Shown: positions 32,101-45,300, counted from the first letter of the stretch. The stretch is DNA of 64,000 bases from Microcoleus sp. (GCA_042408215.1 JAYFMW010000005.1:320001-384000); one strand, 5' to 3'. Notes: generated from the letters alone by a model not told the origin. Numbers and translations are program-made.

Positions 32101-34806
32101 TATGGCAATGCCACCTACTCAGGATATGCTTATGGTGCTTACGGTATATTTTCACGAGCGGCCCTCCAAAATATTGAGTCAAGTTATAAATTAGGCAAAT
32201 TAGCTTTAAGTTTGGTGGAACGGTTAAATGCCAAGAATGTCAAAGCTAAGGTACTCTTGTCATTTGGCGGGCACCTAAGACACTGGAAAGATCATTTGAG
32301 GGAAAGTATACCAGTTTTGATTGAAGGTTATCAAAGCGGAGTGGAAACCGGAGATTTTCAATATGCTGGTTATTGTGCCGCTTATGTGTGCGAATGCTCG
32401 TATTTGATCGGTCACGAACTTACAGGATTAGAACAACAGATAACTATCTACAGTAAAGCTATCAATCAAATCGGGCAGGAAGGCCCTTTTAATTGGACGG
32501 CGATTTTTTGGCAGGTAGTCCTCAACTTGCTGGGTAAAGCTGAAGATCCCATCCGTTTAATGGGGGATGCCTATAATCAGGAACAAGCGTTGCCCCGGGC
32601 TATCAAAGTCAATAACCGAATAGAACTGTTATTTATTTATTCAAATCAACTGATATTGTGCTATTTGTTTGGGGAGGTGCAGCAAGCCGTGAACAATGCA
32701 ACGCTTGCCAAGCAATATCTAGAAGGGTTGGCGGGAATGCCAGTTGTAAGTGCCATCTATTTGTATGAATCTCTGGCATATTTGTGCCTATTTGTTGAAG
32801 CTTCGGATGCTGAAAAAGAAGCTTTGCTTAATCGGGTTAATGCCAACCAGGAAAAGATGCTTCAATGGGCGGATCATGCTCCAATGAATTATGTCCACAA
32901 ATTTTATTTGGTAGAAGCTGAACGGTATCGAGTTTTAGGTGAAAATATGGAGGCGATGGAAATGTACGATCGCGCCATTAAACTCGCTCAAGAAAATGAG
33001 TACATCAATGAAGAAGCCCTCGCCAACGAACTCGCCGCCAAGTTTTATTTAGACTGGGGTAAAGAGAAAATTGCTCAAGTCTACCTAACTGATGCTTACT
33101 ACGCTTACGCGCGTTGGGGTGCAAAGGCAAAAATTGACGATTTAGAAAAACGCTATCCTCAATTACTTGCGCCTATTTTAAATCAGAAAACTAACTTAAA
33201 GACAGGCGAAACAATTGCTCAAATGATGATAACTGGAACTGTTGCAAGTACCAGTTCTGGTGTTTCAGAAATTCTGGATTTGGCAACAGTAATCAAAGCA
33301 TCTCAATCGCTGTCAGGAGAAATCAATCTCGATAAGTTGCTCTCCACTTTGATGCAAGTGATGATTGAGAATGCGGGAGCAGAAACAGGAGCTATGATTT
33401 TGATAGAAAGAGATTCATTCTTGCTGGCTGCTCAATGTGCGATCGGCAAATCCTACAATCTACACTCAACTCCCGTTGTTGACTCTCAGGAAATTCCGAT
33501 CGCCATTATTAACTATGTCTCGCGCACCCAAGAAACCTTGGTAATAAATGATGCCACTACTGAGGCTACCTTTGCTGCTGACTCTTATATCATCCAGCAT
33601 CAACCAAAGTCGGTTTTGTGTCTGCCGATTCAACATCAAGGAAAGCCGATCGCCATTCTGTACCTAGAAAATAATCTCGTGACAAATGCCTTTACTCCCG
33701 ATCGCTTGGCAGTCTTAAATATCTTAGCCTCTCAAGCGGCAATTTCGATTGAAAATGCCCAACTTTATGCTAATTTAGAAACTAAAGTAGAAGAACGTAC
33801 TCAGGAACTTTCAGAAGCTTTAAACAATCTCAAATCTACCCAAGAGGAACTAATTCAATCAGAAAAAATGGCAGCATTAGGACAACTGGTGGCGGGAGTG
33901 GCCCATGAAATCAATACACCTTTGGGAGCAATCTGTTCCTCCGTGGGTTATATTAGCGATTTCTTGAATCAAAATCTCAATCAATTACCCTCGTTTTTTC
34001 AATCACTATCCCCACAACGCCAACAGCAATTTATCGAGATGTTGGAGCGATCGCAACAAAATACTACCACTGTATCGGGCCGAGAACGTCGCCAACTCAG
34101 GAAAGCTATTGTCAGCCAGCTACAAGCTCAAGGCATGACTGAGGCTGATTCTGTGGCGAATCTGCTGCTAGATTTGGGCATTTGCGATCGGCTGGAGCCT
34201 TTGATCTCGATATTCCAAGATGCGGAGTGCGAAAACTTCCTCAAAACTGTGCGCCAGTTTGTCCGGTTACAAGAAAGCACGCGAGACATTAAAATTGCTT
34301 CTGAAAGAGCGGCAAAAATTGTTTTTGCACTAAAAACCTATGCCCGATTTAACCAAACGGGAGAAACGGTTGAAGCGAATATTATTGATGGAATTGAAGT
34401 TGTTTTAACCCTATATCAAAATCAACTTAAACAGGGAGTCGAGGTAATTCGTAAGTATCAAGATTTGCCCCGGATTCGCTGCTACTTTGATGAACTCAAT
34501 CAAGTTTGGACGAATTTAATTCATAACGGATTGCAAGCCATGAATAACCGGGGAATTTTGACTATTGAGGCCAGGGAGCAAAATGGCTCTATACTGGTGA
34601 GTGTTACTGATAGCGGTGAGGGAATTCCTGAAGAAATTAAGCCGAAAATATTTCAGCCTTTCTTTACTACTAAACCACCCGGAGAAGGTAGTGGTTTAGG
34701 ACTGGATATTGTTAGGAGGATTGTGGAAAAACATCGGGGTATTATTGAATTTGAATCTATTCCTGGTCAAACTACTTTTACTGTCTCTTTACCGATAAAT
34801 AGCTAG
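29199..34806 (+). pseudogene. Ser/Thr kinase-AAA ATPase-GAF-histidine kinase multidomain sensor split by one frameshift
   Basis: Kinase HKDIKPQN in 29199-30164; GFSGIGKT, FLDDLQW and AHEINTP in 30085-34806; one extra base near 30114-30117 (GGG ACA T CGG GAT). Confidence 0.8.
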
Positions 34807-34829
34807 CCCATAATAAATGTCGCTTGTAG

Positions 34830-35055
34830 TCGAGTCTCGATCCCCCCTAGCCCCCCTTAATAAGGGGAGTAGGGGGTGGGACAAGAGCATTCAAAGTCCC
34901 CCTTTTTAAGGGGGATTTAGGGGGATCGAGACTCGACAATCATCTCGATCCCCCTAGCGAGAGGGCGGGCACGGGACACCGCCCCTAGGAAGGGGGGGAC
35001 AAGAGTCCGATCAAAGTCCCCCTTCTTAAGGGGGATTTAGGGGGATCTAGACTCA
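34830..35055. repeat. cluster of REP-like GC-rich hairpins
   Basis: Repeated AAAGTCCCCCTT..TAAGGGGGATTTAGGGGGATC and inverted copies. Confidence 0.8.
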
Positions 35056-35235
35056 GGTAAAAACGATATTTATCAAGGCTTTCAGGCTTAAGTTGACACC
35101 AATAGGCACGCGCTTAGTGTCCCTACCCCAAAATAATCAATCTTCTTCGCTCGGATGTAACCATCGCCCGATTAATTGTAGGGATACGGCACTGCCGTAT
35201 CCTGATTGGAATTAACAACTTCTAAAGAACCCAAA

Positions 35236-35631
35236 ATGTCTAAACTATCCATTTTATGTGTTGATGATGAAGTGATTATTCTCAATAGTCTGCTACGACA
35301 ACTGCAAGCCGCATTTGGCGATCGCTATGTCTATGAGACTTCAGAAAATGCGGAAGAAGCCCTCGAAATTATTGAAGAATTACAACAAGAAAAGACCGAT
35401 GTGATTGTCATAGTTTCTGACTGGTTAATGCCAGGTATGAAGGGTGATGAATTTTTGATTGAAGTTCAAAAAAAATTCCCCAATGTGGTTAAAATATTAT
35501 TGACGGGACAAGCGGATGAAGCAGCGGTAGAACGGGCTAAAGAACAGGCGAATCTTCATCGCTATCTCCAAAAGCCTTGGAGCGAACAGGAATTAATTGC
35601 TTGTATTCAAGAAGGATTGGGAAAATTATGA
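35236..35631 (+). CDS. single-domain response regulator
   Basis: ILCVDDE, VSDWLMPG and KPW. Confidence 0.93.
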   Translation: MSKLSILCVDDEVIILNSLLRQLQAAFGDRYVYETSENAEEALEIIEELQQEKTDVIVIVSDWLMPGMKGDEFLIEVQKKFPNVVKILLTGQADEAAVERAKEQANLHRYLQKPWSEQELIACIQEGLGKL

Positions 35632-37541
35632 TGAAACCTGTGATTATTTGTATTGACGACGATCGGACGGTGCTGGATAGTTTGATGAGGGAATTATCAG
35701 TAAATTTCGGAGATCGGTTTGAGATTGAAACCGCTATGGGCGGGATTGAAGCTTTAGAATTAGTGTCAGATTTGCTCGTCGATGAATGCGAAATTGCTGT
35801 GGTAATCGCTGACTATATTATGCCCGATATGAAAGGGGATGAAGTTTTAAAACGTATCCATGAGCGATCGCCCAATACGCTCAAAATTATGCTAACCGGT
35901 CAAGCTACTATAGAAGGAGTCAGCAATGCAGTCAATTCTGCTCAACTCTATCGCTATATTGCCAAGCCTTGGGAAAGTACACAACTCAATTTAACCCTCC
36001 AAGAAGCGCTAAAAATTTATTGGCTAGAGCACCAGTTGGCAGAACAAAATGCCCAACTTAGAGCCAGTGAGCATCGTCTGGCTCAGTTTTTGGAAGCGAT
36101 ACCTATAGGGGTATCTGTCCACGATGCAACGGGAAAAACAACCTACGCCAATCGTAAAGCAAAGGAATTATTAGGAATTGAAGTGTTACCTCTGGCGACA
36201 ATCGAGCAGTTGTCTCCAGCGTATCAAGTTTATCGCACTGGTACTGGACAATTGTATCCTAATGATGAGTTGCCGATTGTGCGATCGCTCGCGGGAGAAA
36301 CGGTGCGTGCGGAAGATTTGGAATTGCATCAACTGGATCGGATTATTCCCTTGGAGATTTCGACGACACCAATCTCCAACGAAACTGGAAAGATTACTTA
36401 TGCAATTTGTACTTTCCAAGATATTAGCGATCGCCAACGAGCAGAATCCGATCGGCTGCGTCTCGCCCAAGAAAGGGAAGCTAAGAATGTTGCTTTGCGG
36501 ATGAATCGAGAAATTGAGGCAAAAAACCAAGAATTAGCCAATACTTTACAACAATTGCAAGCCACTCAGCAACAATTAATCGAGTCGGAAAAAATGGCAG
36601 CACTGGGACAATTGGTTGCTGGAGTTGCCCATGAAATCAATAACCCTATAGGTGCTATTCGATCGTTAGCGGGGAGTATTTCCAGTTTCTTGAGTCCAAC
36701 CCTAGAACAGTTGCCGGCACTGTTTCAAACCCTTACCGAAGAGCAAGGGCAAGACTTCCGGGCGTTACTTGGGCGATCGCTCCATCAAGAATTAACACTA
36801 TCTACCAAAGAAGAGCGCAAATTGAAGAAAGCTTTAAGGAGTCAACTGCAAGATTTGGAATTCTCTGAGACTGATGCTGAAAGTGTTGCTGATACATTAG
36901 TAATCATGGGAATTTATAACGAAATTGATTTCTTGATTCCCCTATTAACCAGACCCGATGGTTTTGATGTATTAGAAATCGCCTCTAAAATTTCACAAAT
37001 AAAAAGAGGTATGACGACTATTCAAACAGCCACAGAGCGAGCCTCAAAAGTGGTGTTTGCTTTGAAAACCTATGCCCATTACGAACATTCTGGTCAAAGG
37101 ACTCAAGCCAATTTAACTGAAGGAATTGAGACTGTCTTAACTCTCTATCAAAGTCAATTGAAACAAGGAGTTAATGTCATCAGAAACTATGCCGAATTGC
37201 CACCCATACTGTGTTATCCAGACGAACTGAATCAGGTGTGGACAAATCTGATTCACAATGCCTTGCAAGCGATGGATAATCGAGGCACTTTAACTATTGA
37301 TGTTACTACTATTGACTTGCAGGCAAAAATTAGCTTTACTGATAGTGGCAAAGGAATACCTGAAGAGATTAAATCGAAAATATTCGATCCTTTTTTTACC
37401 ACTAAACCCCCTGGAGAAGGCAGCGGATTGGGACTAGATATTGTCAAGAAAATTGTCGATAAACATCAGGGAAAAATAGAATTTGAATCTCTGACTGGTC
37501 AAACTAGATTTAATGTTTTCCTGCCCATTGCCAGACTCTAG
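35628..37541 (+). CDS. hybrid REC-PAS-histidine kinase
   Basis: ICIDDD receiver; AHEINNP; GSGLGL; ATGA overlap with the upstream gene. Confidence 0.93.
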   Translation: MMKPVIICIDDDRTVLDSLMRELSVNFGDRFEIETAMGGIEALELVSDLLVDECEIAVVIADYIMPDMKGDEVLKRIHERSPNTLKIMLTGQATIEGVSNAVNSAQLYRYIAKPWESTQLNLTLQEALKIYWLEHQLAEQNAQLRASEHRLAQFLEAIPIGVSVHDATGKTTYANRKAKELLGIEVLPLATIEQLSPAYQVYRTGTGQLYPNDELPIVRSLAGETVRAEDLELHQLDRIIPLEISTTPISNETGKITYAICTFQDISDRQRAESDRLRLAQEREAKNVALRMNREIEAKNQELANTLQQLQATQQQLIESEKMAALGQLVAGVAHEINNPIGAIRSLAGSISSFLSPTLEQLPALFQTLTEEQGQDFRALLGRSLHQELTLSTKEERKLKKALRSQLQDLEFSETDAESVADTLVIMGIYNEIDFLIPLLTRPDGFDVLEIASKISQIKRGMTTIQTATERASKVVFALKTYAHYEHSGQRTQANLTEGIETVLTLYQSQLKQGVNVIRNYAELPPILCYPDELNQVWTNLIHNALQAMDNRGTLTIDVTTIDLQAKISFTDSGKGIPEEIKSKIFDPFFTTKPPGEGSGLGLDIVKKIVDKHQGKIEFESLTGQTRFNVFLPIARL

Positions 37542-37573
37542 TAATCGGAAAAGTAAATATATCTCATCTCATT

Positions 37574-37678
37574 ATATCGTTTCCGGTTGCATCGGAATGA
37601 TTTAACCGCAGAGAACACAGAGGACACAGAGGGAGAGAATAGAGCTCTGAATAATTCCGATGCTACCGGATTTGATAT
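37574..37678. mobile_element. MITE-like element
   Basis: Imperfect 25-bp TIR ATATCGTTTCCGGTTGCATCGGAAT / ATTCCGATGCTACCGGATTTGATAT. Confidence 0.6.
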
Positions 37679-37707
37679 TAAATGTAAAATAAGTCGGAAA
37701 AAAAATC

Positions 37708-38103
37708 ATGTCTAAACCTGTAATTTTGTGTGTTGACGACGAGAGAATGGTCTTAGATAGTCTCAGGATACAGCTCTCCACAGCCTTCGGAACTTGCTAC
37801 ACATATGAAGGAGCTGAAGATGCCTATGAAGCTTTAGATTTAATAGAGGAACTCGATGGCGATCGGATTAGTGTTATTGTGATTATTTCTGATTGGTTAA
37901 TGCCCGGTATTAAGGGCGATGACTTTTTGATTCGCGTCCACGAGCGATTCCCCAAAGTTATTAAAATTATGCTGACGGGTCAAGCGGATGAATTAGCTAT
38001 TGATCGAGCAAAAAAACAAGCAAATCTCCATTGTTGTTTGTTGAAACCTTGGTCGGAAACCGAGTTGCTAGAAACTATTAAGTCTGCTTTGTCCAAACTA
38101 TAA
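37708..38103 (+). CDS. single-domain response regulator
   Basis: ILCVDDE, ISDWLMPG and KPW; paralogue of the gene at 35236. Confidence 0.93.
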   Translation: MSKPVILCVDDERMVLDSLRIQLSTAFGTCYTYEGAEDAYEALDLIEELDGDRISVIVIISDWLMPGIKGDDFLIRVHERFPKVIKIMLTGQADELAIDRAKKQANLHCCLLKPWSETELLETIKSALSKL

Positions 38104-38184
38104 TGTAAGGGGAATTGGTCATTGGGAATTGGGAATTGGTCACAAATAACCAATAACCAATAACCAATAACCAATAACCACTGA

Positions 38185-41172
38185 CTACTGACTAATTTGT
38201 TCGATCGGGATTTCAATGATAAACTCCGCTCCTTGACCTGGTGCTGAAACACAACTGAGTTTCCCACCGTGTTCCTGCACAACTTTGTAGGAAATTGACA
38301 GGCCCAAACCAGTACCTTTACCAGCGGGTTTGGTGGTAAAAAACGCCTCAAACAACTGCTGGCTGACTGCTTCGGGCATACCGGAGCCGTTGTCAGAAAT
38401 CCGAATTATAGCATTCGAGTTTTGGACTTCTGTCTTAATTTTAATTTTACTGCGATTAGCTTTAGCTTCAGCAACAGAGCGCCCCTGATTGTAATCCTCG
38501 ATCGCATCGATCGCATTGCCGATCAAATTCATAAATACCTGATTAACTTTGCCAGCATAACACTCCACCAAAGGCAAGTTTCCATACTCCTTAATTACGG
38601 CAATTTCAGGATAGCTGCCGCGCGCTTTCAGACGACTTTGCAGAATCAGCAGGGTTCCTTCTATTCCTTCATGTAGGTTAACCTTACTCATCTGAGTATC
38701 ATCTTTGCGGGAGAAATTTCGCAGGGAACGCACAATTTCCCGAATGCGATCGGCTCCTACCTGCATGGAAGACATTGCTTTTGGCAAATCTTCTACCATA
38801 AAATCTAGTTCAATATCCTCAATTTTAGCTTCAATTTCTGCTGATGGCTGCGGACAGTGCTGCTGGTACAAATCGATCAAATTCAGCAAATCTTCGGTGT
38901 AGTGACCGACATGAACTAGATTGCCGCAGACGCTGTTTACCGGATTGTTAATTTCGTGAGCAACACCGGCCACCATTTGACCGAGTGTAGACATTTTTTC
39001 CGTGTGAATTAAGAGGGCTTGAGTTTGCTGCAATTCCTGCAAAGTATTTTCAAGTTGCAGCTTTTGCTGGGTCAATTCAGTTTGCGATCGCAGCAAAGCT
39101 TCTTCACTACGTTTCTGCTCGGAAATATCAGTAATTAATCCTTCTAAAGCTATCAATTCTCCAGACTCAGAAAACACCCCTAAACCTTGTTCCCAAACCC
39201 ACTTTAATTCGCCAGATTTAGAAGTAATGCGGTAATTAAGCTGATAGGGTCGATGTTCCAAAACGGCAATCTGTACGGCATTCCACAAAACATCGCGGTC
39301 ATCAGGGTGAGTCAATTCCGAGATAGAAACTGTCGAAGTTCCGAGAAACTCTTCAGGAGAATAACCAGCTAATTGATAGCAACCCTCGCTCACAAACTCC
39401 ATACTGCGATCGGCATCATTGCGAAAACGGTAGGCCATCCCCGGCAAATTGCTCATCAGCGTAGCCAAGGCCCGCTGGCTTTCCCGTAGGGCTTCTTCTG
39501 CGTGTTTGCGATCGGTAATATCCGTCATCACCGCCACCATACAGAGTTCGTCTCCCAAATTAATCAACTCAGCCGAGAGCAAACAAACCACCACCGCACC
39601 CGACTTCATTTGAAACTCGCACTCGCGGTTGCGAACAACACCTTGCTCATCCAAAATTCGCCTAAAAGTCGCTCGTTCTTCTGGTCTTACCCAAATATTC
39701 AATTGTGGCACTGTCTGACCAATTACCTCTTGCTGAGAGTAACCAATCATCGACAAAAAACTATCATTAACATCGATAAACATTCCGGTAGCAAAAGTAG
39801 TAATAGTCATCGAATCTGGACTAGAGCGAAAAGCCTTAGAAAACTTTTCTTCCGACAAACCCAACTGTTTAATAGCTGACTCTAACTGACTTGTCCGCTT
39901 TTTAACCCGACATTCCAACACTTCATTAGCCTGCTTCAAAGCCTCCTCTGCTTGCACCCGATAAGTAATGTCCCGCACCACCGCTTGCAGCCCCATTTTG
40001 CCGCCAATATCCATAGAAGTAAGCAGCACCTCCGCCGGAAACTCCGAACCGTCTAACCTACAGTGCAGCCAGTCAAAACGGCAACTTCCTGCTGCAAAAG
40101 CCTCATTGATTCGCTCTTGCGACAGACTCATAGAATCTTGCCCGTTTGGTTGCATTTGCGGGCTAAATTCCGAGGGATGCTTGCCACAAAACTCTGATTC
40201 AGTGTTGCATCCAAACAATTTTAAAGTAGCCGGATTGCAGTCCAAAAAACCTATTTCATCTAGCAACATTACCGCATCAGTAGTCGATTCGTACAAAGTG
40301 CGAAACTTCCTTTCCGACTCCTGCAAAGAAGCAATCAACTGCATCTTTTCCTCTGCCGCCTGCTTTTGCTTAGTAATGTCCTGCATTACTTGAGAAAATC
40401 CGCGCAACTCTCCGCTTTCATCGCGCAATGCAGTCACAATAATATTCGCCCAAAATCGCGATCCATCCTTGCGAATCCTCCAGGCTTCATCCTCATATCT
40501 ACCTTCTGCGATCGCTGTCGCTAATTTTTGTTGAGGCTTACCAATAGCAATAGCTTCCTGGGTGTAAAAACACTCAGAATGTTGACCGACTACTTCATAA
40601 GATTGATAGCCAAAAATGCGTTCTGCTCCACAATTCCAGCTAGCTACATATCCGTCAGTATCTAACATGAATATAGCATAATCTTTAACGCCTTCAATTA
40701 CTAAGCGCAGGCGTTCTTCGCTTTCTCGAAGTCCAGACTCGGCTTGCTTGCGCTGGGTGATATCTTCCACAAAACCTTCGTAGTAGAGCAATTCGCCATT
40801 TTCATTGCAGACAGCCCGCCCATTTTCTGAAATCCAAATTACTGTTCCGTCTCGGCGATAAATCTGCGACTCAAAATCCGACACGATGCCGTGTTCTTGC
40901 AAAGTAGAAATAAACTCGTCGCGTCGCTGGATATCGACATAAAGCTGGTGGCCGATATCAGTCAAACTGAGCATCATTTCCTCTGTGGAATTATACCCGT
41001 AGATGCTAGCCAGAGCTGGGTTAGCGCTGATGTAGCGCCCTTCAGGCGTTGTTTGAAAAATACCGGAAATAGCATTTTCAAATATACTATAATATTTGGC
41101 TTCCATTTGCTGTAGCGCCTCCTTAATGTTCAGGCTGTCCATTGCTTTGTGTTCCATTTTTTGCTTTCTCAC
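38185..41172 (-). CDS. multi-PAS sensor histidine kinase
   Basis: Five PAS/PAC-like repeats; AHEINNP; GTGLGL. Confidence 0.95.
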   Translation of the reverse strand: MRKQKMEHKAMDSLNIKEALQQMEAKYYSIFENAISGIFQTTPEGRYISANPALASIYGYNSTEEMMLSLTDIGHQLYVDIQRRDEFISTLQEHGIVSDFESQIYRRDGTVIWISENGRAVCNENGELLYYEGFVEDITQRKQAESGLRESEERLRLVIEGVKDYAIFMLDTDGYVASWNCGAERIFGYQSYEVVGQHSECFYTQEAIAIGKPQQKLATAIAEGRYEDEAWRIRKDGSRFWANIIVTALRDESGELRGFSQVMQDITKQKQAAEEKMQLIASLQESERKFRTLYESTTDAVMLLDEIGFLDCNPATLKLFGCNTESEFCGKHPSEFSPQMQPNGQDSMSLSQERINEAFAAGSCRFDWLHCRLDGSEFPAEVLLTSMDIGGKMGLQAVVRDITYRVQAEEALKQANEVLECRVKKRTSQLESAIKQLGLSEEKFSKAFRSSPDSMTITTFATGMFIDVNDSFLSMIGYSQQEVIGQTVPQLNIWVRPEERATFRRILDEQGVVRNRECEFQMKSGAVVVCLLSAELINLGDELCMVAVMTDITDRKHAEEALRESQRALATLMSNLPGMAYRFRNDADRSMEFVSEGCYQLAGYSPEEFLGTSTVSISELTHPDDRDVLWNAVQIAVLEHRPYQLNYRITSKSGELKWVWEQGLGVFSESGELIALEGLITDISEQKRSEEALLRSQTELTQQKLQLENTLQELQQTQALLIHTEKMSTLGQMVAGVAHEINNPVNSVCGNLVHVGHYTEDLLNLIDLYQQHCPQPSAEIEAKIEDIELDFMVEDLPKAMSSMQVGADRIREIVRSLRNFSRKDDTQMSKVNLHEGIEGTLLILQSRLKARGSYPEIAVIKEYGNLPLVECYAGKVNQVFMNLIGNAIDAIEDYNQGRSVAEAKANRSKIKIKTEVQNSNAIIRISDNGSGMPEAVSQQLFEAFFTTKPAGKGTGLGLSISYKVVQEHGGKLSCVSAPGQGAEFIIEIPIEQISQ

Positions 41173-41436
41173 TTTTTAATACCCTGTGTCCTTCTTTGAA
41201 TTCAAGATTTGGTAATGGTTGTTAGTAATATGTAAAATTGCCACAACACAGGGGCCATAGTTGTATCAAAAAATTCATATTGAGCAGCAGTGTACAAATT
41301 CTGTAGCGGTGCTGACATTTGGGCAGAAGTTTGGGGGTTTCGGTGTAAAATGCGGCCGGGAAGTCTGGTAAAATCCCGATCGACTCTCGGTTTTGTTGAC
41401 AAGCTCGATCGGCCTAAATTTGACTATAACTAATAA

Positions 41437-42552
41437 ATGACTTATTCTCCCGTACTCGTAACACCAGAGTTATCCGCTGCTTCAACCCTGACAGCAGATT
41501 CTCCTCTGTGGCCCAGTTTGCTGCAACAATTGTTAGACAGACAATCTCTCGATCGCACCCAGGCGGCCAACTTAATGCAGGGATGGCTGAATGAAGCCAT
41601 TCCCCCCGTACTTTCCGGCGCGATTTTAGTCGCCCTCCAAGCCAAAGGCATTTCGCCCCAAGAATTAGCCGGCATGGCTCAGGTATTGCAGTCTCAGTCC
41701 CTCGCAGGAGATTTCGGCTCGATTTCGCCCTCTGAACTTTCTGCGCCGACCGTACCTTTAATCGATACTTGCGGCACAGGTGGCGACGGCGCTTCCACCT
41801 TTAACATTTCAACTGCTGTCGCTTTTGTCGCCGCCGCCGGCAAAGTGCGAGTCGCCAAACACGGAAATCGATCGGCATCAAGTAAAGTAGGTTCTGCTGA
41901 CGTCTTGGAAGCACTGGGAGTCAACCTCAACGCCGATTCCCAAAGAGTAAAGGCGGCGGTAGACGAAGTAGGTATCACCTTTTTATTTGCGCCTGGGTGG
42001 CATCCCGCACTCAAGGCTGTAGCGTCGCTCCGGCGCACTTTGAAGGTGCGGACTGTTTTTAACCTTTTGGGCCCCCTCGTCAATCCTATGCGCCCTACAG
42101 GCCAGGTAATCGGGGTGTTCGATCCGAGTCTGGTATCAACCATTGCCGAAGCTTTGGGCGAGTTGGGGACTAAGTTGGCTGTAGTTATTCATGGCAGAGA
42201 AAAGTTGGATGAAGCGGGTTTGGGAGATGTTTCAGACTTGGCGATTTTGTCGAATGGCAAAGTAGAAGTAACTACTTTAGATGCTACCAAAGTAGGATTG
42301 ACACGTTGTGCGATCGACTCTTTAAAAGGGGGAAATGTTGAGGAAAATTCCGAGATTTTGCGGAATGTTCTTCAGGGTAAGGGAACGCCGGCACAAATGG
42401 ATGTTGTGGCTTTGAATGCGTCTTTGGCACTTCAGGTGGGAGGTGCAATTCCTTTGGGCGATCACGCAGCAGGGGTTGTTTTGGCCTCTGAGATTTTATT
42501 GAGCGGCGAACCTTGGTTGAAGTTGCAGCAGTTGGTTGATTTTTTGAAATGA
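41437..42552 (+). CDS. trpD: anthranilate phosphoribosyltransferase
   Basis: [20 protein letters not shown] and GSADVLE. Confidence 0.98.
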   Translation: MTYSPVLVTPELSAASTLTADSPLWPSLLQQLLDRQSLDRTQAANLMQGWLNEAIPPVLSGAILVALQAKGISPQELAGMAQVLQSQSLAGDFGSISPSELSAPTVPLIDTCGTGGDGASTFNISTAVAFVAAAGKVRVAKHGNRSASSKVGSADVLEALGVNLNADSQRVKAAVDEVGITFLFAPGWHPALKAVASLRRTLKVRTVFNLLGPLVNPMRPTGQVIGVFDPSLVSTIAEALGELGTKLAVVIHGREKLDEAGLGDVSDLAILSNGKVEVTTLDATKVGLTRCAIDSLKGGNVEENSEILRNVLQGKGTPAQMDVVALNASLALQVGGAIPLGDHAAGVVLASEILLSGEPWLKLQQLVDFLK

Positions 42553-42722
42553 AGTCAGTTCGGCAACGGATTATGTAACGGATGTAACGGATGTAACGGA
42601 TGTCAGGGAAGGAAGAAGGAAGAAGTCAGTGGTTATTGGTTAATTGTTATTTGCTGGTTCTAATAACCAATGCCCTGTTTGGCCAAGACCCCATCCCCAA
42701 TCTCTTTACTTCTTCCTTTTTG

Positions 42723-43370
42723 TTAGGAGCGCGATCGAAATTCAATCACATCTTGCTTAATAGTTATGTCTTTATCACCAAAAAAGTCATGACCCAACAG
42801 TCCGATATCTAGGGACGGCGAAATCGCCACAACTACATTTTTAACCGCCAGCCCCCCAGCTTCCATAGAAGTCAAACGACCTGTAGGAAAAGTAGCATCT
42901 CCGTTGGGAGTTTTTGCTTTCACTGTTCCTTGAGGAACCACCCCCAAAGCTTTAGCCATTGCTGGTGTAATTACAGTGCCACTAGCTCCAGAATCTACCA
43001 TCATATCGAACTTTTCTTTGCCGTTAAACGTGACTTCTATGACCGGGATATTAGCCTCTCTGCGTTTAATTTTTGCTTGAAAAACTCCAGACTTGGCCAC
43101 CGGCGAAGTGGCGGGAGTCCATTCTTTGGGGAGAAAACCGCAGATGGATTGGCTCAAGTTGACAATTATGCCGGAGGAGTTCCGCATGAAGCAGCCCTCG
43201 CTTTCTTGAGCCACCACTCGCGAGGAGTTGGGCCCGCTGTCAACTAAAATTGAACTGCTCACAGAAATAACTGCTGTTAAAACCACCAGTAAAGGTTTGC
43301 GTAGCTTGGGAACTTTCACTTGATGCTTGTATAGGTTTGAAATTAAAGGCTCTTGAGATTTGCTAGCCAT
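42723..43370 (-). CDS. retropepsin-like aspartyl protease, probably exported
   Basis: MVDSGASGT catalytic motif; GLLGHDF; N-terminal hydrophobic segment. Confidence 0.88.
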   Translation of the reverse strand: MASKSQEPLISNLYKHQVKVPKLRKPLLVVLTAVISVSSSILVDSGPNSSRVVAQESEGCFMRNSSGIIVNLSQSICGFLPKEWTPATSPVAKSGVFQAKIKRREANIPVIEVTFNGKEKFDMMVDSGASGTVITPAMAKALGVVPQGTVKAKTPNGDATFPTGRLTSMEAGGLAVKNVVVAISPSLDIGLLGHDFFGDKDITIKQDVIEFRSRS

Positions 43371-43571
43371 AGTTGGGTTAAATGCTATGGGTCGATCGTA
43401 ACAGCGACAACTCCCTTTTGGTATATATTTAGACTTTCTGCTCTGTTTTCGATCGGATTTAGCTACAAAATGTCAAATAAAATACAGCAGTAAATGACTA
43501 TCGAACCCAAAACTAAAATAGGATTTTTATTTTGCTGGCGATCCAGAAGTCCCTGTTAGGGATAAAAATAA

Positions 43572-43898
43572 GGTTGATTAACAGTCAGACTTTTTCTGAC
43601 ATTTGCTAACAATCACTTACATTGGCCCGAGGTCTTTATGGCACTGTAGAATGAATTTAGCCGCTCGGATTTAGGTGAAAAACCTTGGTAGTAAGCAACC
43701 TCTATCTAAATAAGTTGCCTCTACAGTATCAAAGCAAATAAAATCAAGATTGGCTAAATGCGGTCACGCGAAAACCAAGCTGAACGCTCATAGTACAAGT
43801 GCTTGTAGAGATTTCTACGGGCATTGGTTGATACGCCTTAGTTGAGAACTGAGCTCAACTTATGTATTTGTTAGCAAACGTTAGCAAAAAAGTATCGG
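43572..43898 (+). mobile_element. IS607-derived non-coding element, copy 1
   Basis: Starts GG|TTGA and ends AAAGTATCGG; the 3' ~90 nt match the IS607 right end at about 49605-49689. Confidence 0.88.
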
Positions 43899-43942
43899 TA
43901 ACAATCAAGAGCAAAAATCAGCGAAAAGTAATTAAGGATGCC

Positions 43943-45100
43943 ATGTCACTTTCAACTGCACAACCCGCTCTCCTAGTCCTGGCTGATGGTACTGCTTACC
44001 GCGGCTGGTCCTTTGGCGCTGACGCCACCGTCGTCGGCGAAGTAGTATTCAATACTGGGATGACGGGCTATCAAGAAGTCTTGACCGATCCCAGTTATTC
44101 GGGACAAATCGTAACTTTTACTTATCCAGAATTGGGTAATACCGGGGTAAATCTCGAAGATGAAGAGTCTTCGCACCCCCATATTCGAGCAGCGATCGCT
44201 CGTAATGTATGCAGTCGCCCTAGCAACTGGCGATCGTCCCAATCTCTGCAAAACTACCTCAAACACTACAATATCCCAGGAATTTACGGCATCGACACCC
44301 GCGCCCTGACTCGCAAAATTCGCACGGTGGGAGCAATCAACGGTGGTATTTCTACCTCGATTCTCGACCCTGCTGAGCTTTTGGAGCAAGTACAAGACGC
44401 GCCCAGCATGGACGGGCTGAATCTTGTCCGGGAAGTCACCACCCGCGAGGTTTATGAGTGGTCTGAAGCCACAGAATCGGTTTGGGAATTTAGTCCGACA
44501 GTCAAACCAGCCAAGGGTGAAATGTGGACAGTAGTGGCGATCGATTTTGGGATCAAGCGCAATATCCTGCGGCGTTTGGCCAGTTATGGCTGTCGGGTAA
44601 TTGTTGTCCCCGCTGACACAACGCCAGAGGAAATCCTCAAGTACAACCCGGATGGCATTTTTCTCTCCAACGGCCCTGGAGACCCCTCGGCGGTAACGGA
44701 AGGGATTGAGACTGCGAAAGCTTTGTTGAAGTCGGACAAACCTGTGTTCGGTATCTGCATGGGACACCAAATTTTGGGACTTTCCTTGGGTGCGGAAACT
44801 TTTAAACTCAAGTTTGGCCACCGGGGATTGAATCACCCGGCCGGTTTAACTCAGCAGGTGGAAATTACTAGCCAAAATCACGGTTTTGCGATCGACCCCG
44901 ATTCGCTAGTTCCCGAACTAGAAATTACTCACCTCAACTTGAACGATCGCACCGTAGCAGGATTGAAGCACAAAACCCAGCCCCTGTTCTCAGTCCAGTA
45001 CCACCCCGAAGCCAGCCCCGGCCCCCATGATGCCGACTATTTGTTCGATCGATTCGTCCAGTCGATGCGAGAAAATCAGAAAGTAGTCATTAGTCAGTAG
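43943..45100 (+). CDS. carA: carbamoyl-phosphate synthase small subunit
   Basis: [28 protein letters not shown] and QYHPE. Confidence 0.98.
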   Translation: MSLSTAQPALLVLADGTAYRGWSFGADATVVGEVVFNTGMTGYQEVLTDPSYSGQIVTFTYPELGNTGVNLEDEESSHPHIRAAIARNVCSRPSNWRSSQSLQNYLKHYNIPGIYGIDTRALTRKIRTVGAINGGISTSILDPAELLEQVQDAPSMDGLNLVREVTTREVYEWSEATESVWEFSPTVKPAKGEMWTVVAIDFGIKRNILRRLASYGCRVIVVPADTTPEEILKYNPDGIFLSNGPGDPSAVTEGIETAKALLKSDKPVFGICMGHQILGLSLGAETFKLKFGHRGLNHPAGLTQQVEITSQNHGFAIDPDSLVPELEITHLNLNDRTVAGLKHKTQPLFSVQYHPEASPGPHDADYLFDRFVQSMRENQKVVISQ

Positions 45101-45300
45101 TCATTGGTCAATAGTCAGCGGTCATTATCCTAGCAAGCTGTTTGTGCAGATAACCGATCGCCAATAACCAATAACTAATGACTAATGACCAATGACTAAT
45201 GACCAATAACTAAAAACAGTAGACAAAAAGCCAAAAATATCGTATAATGAATCCTCGACTTTAAGCAATATCTAGCTAGGAGGGTGTCATTTCTGAGTCA

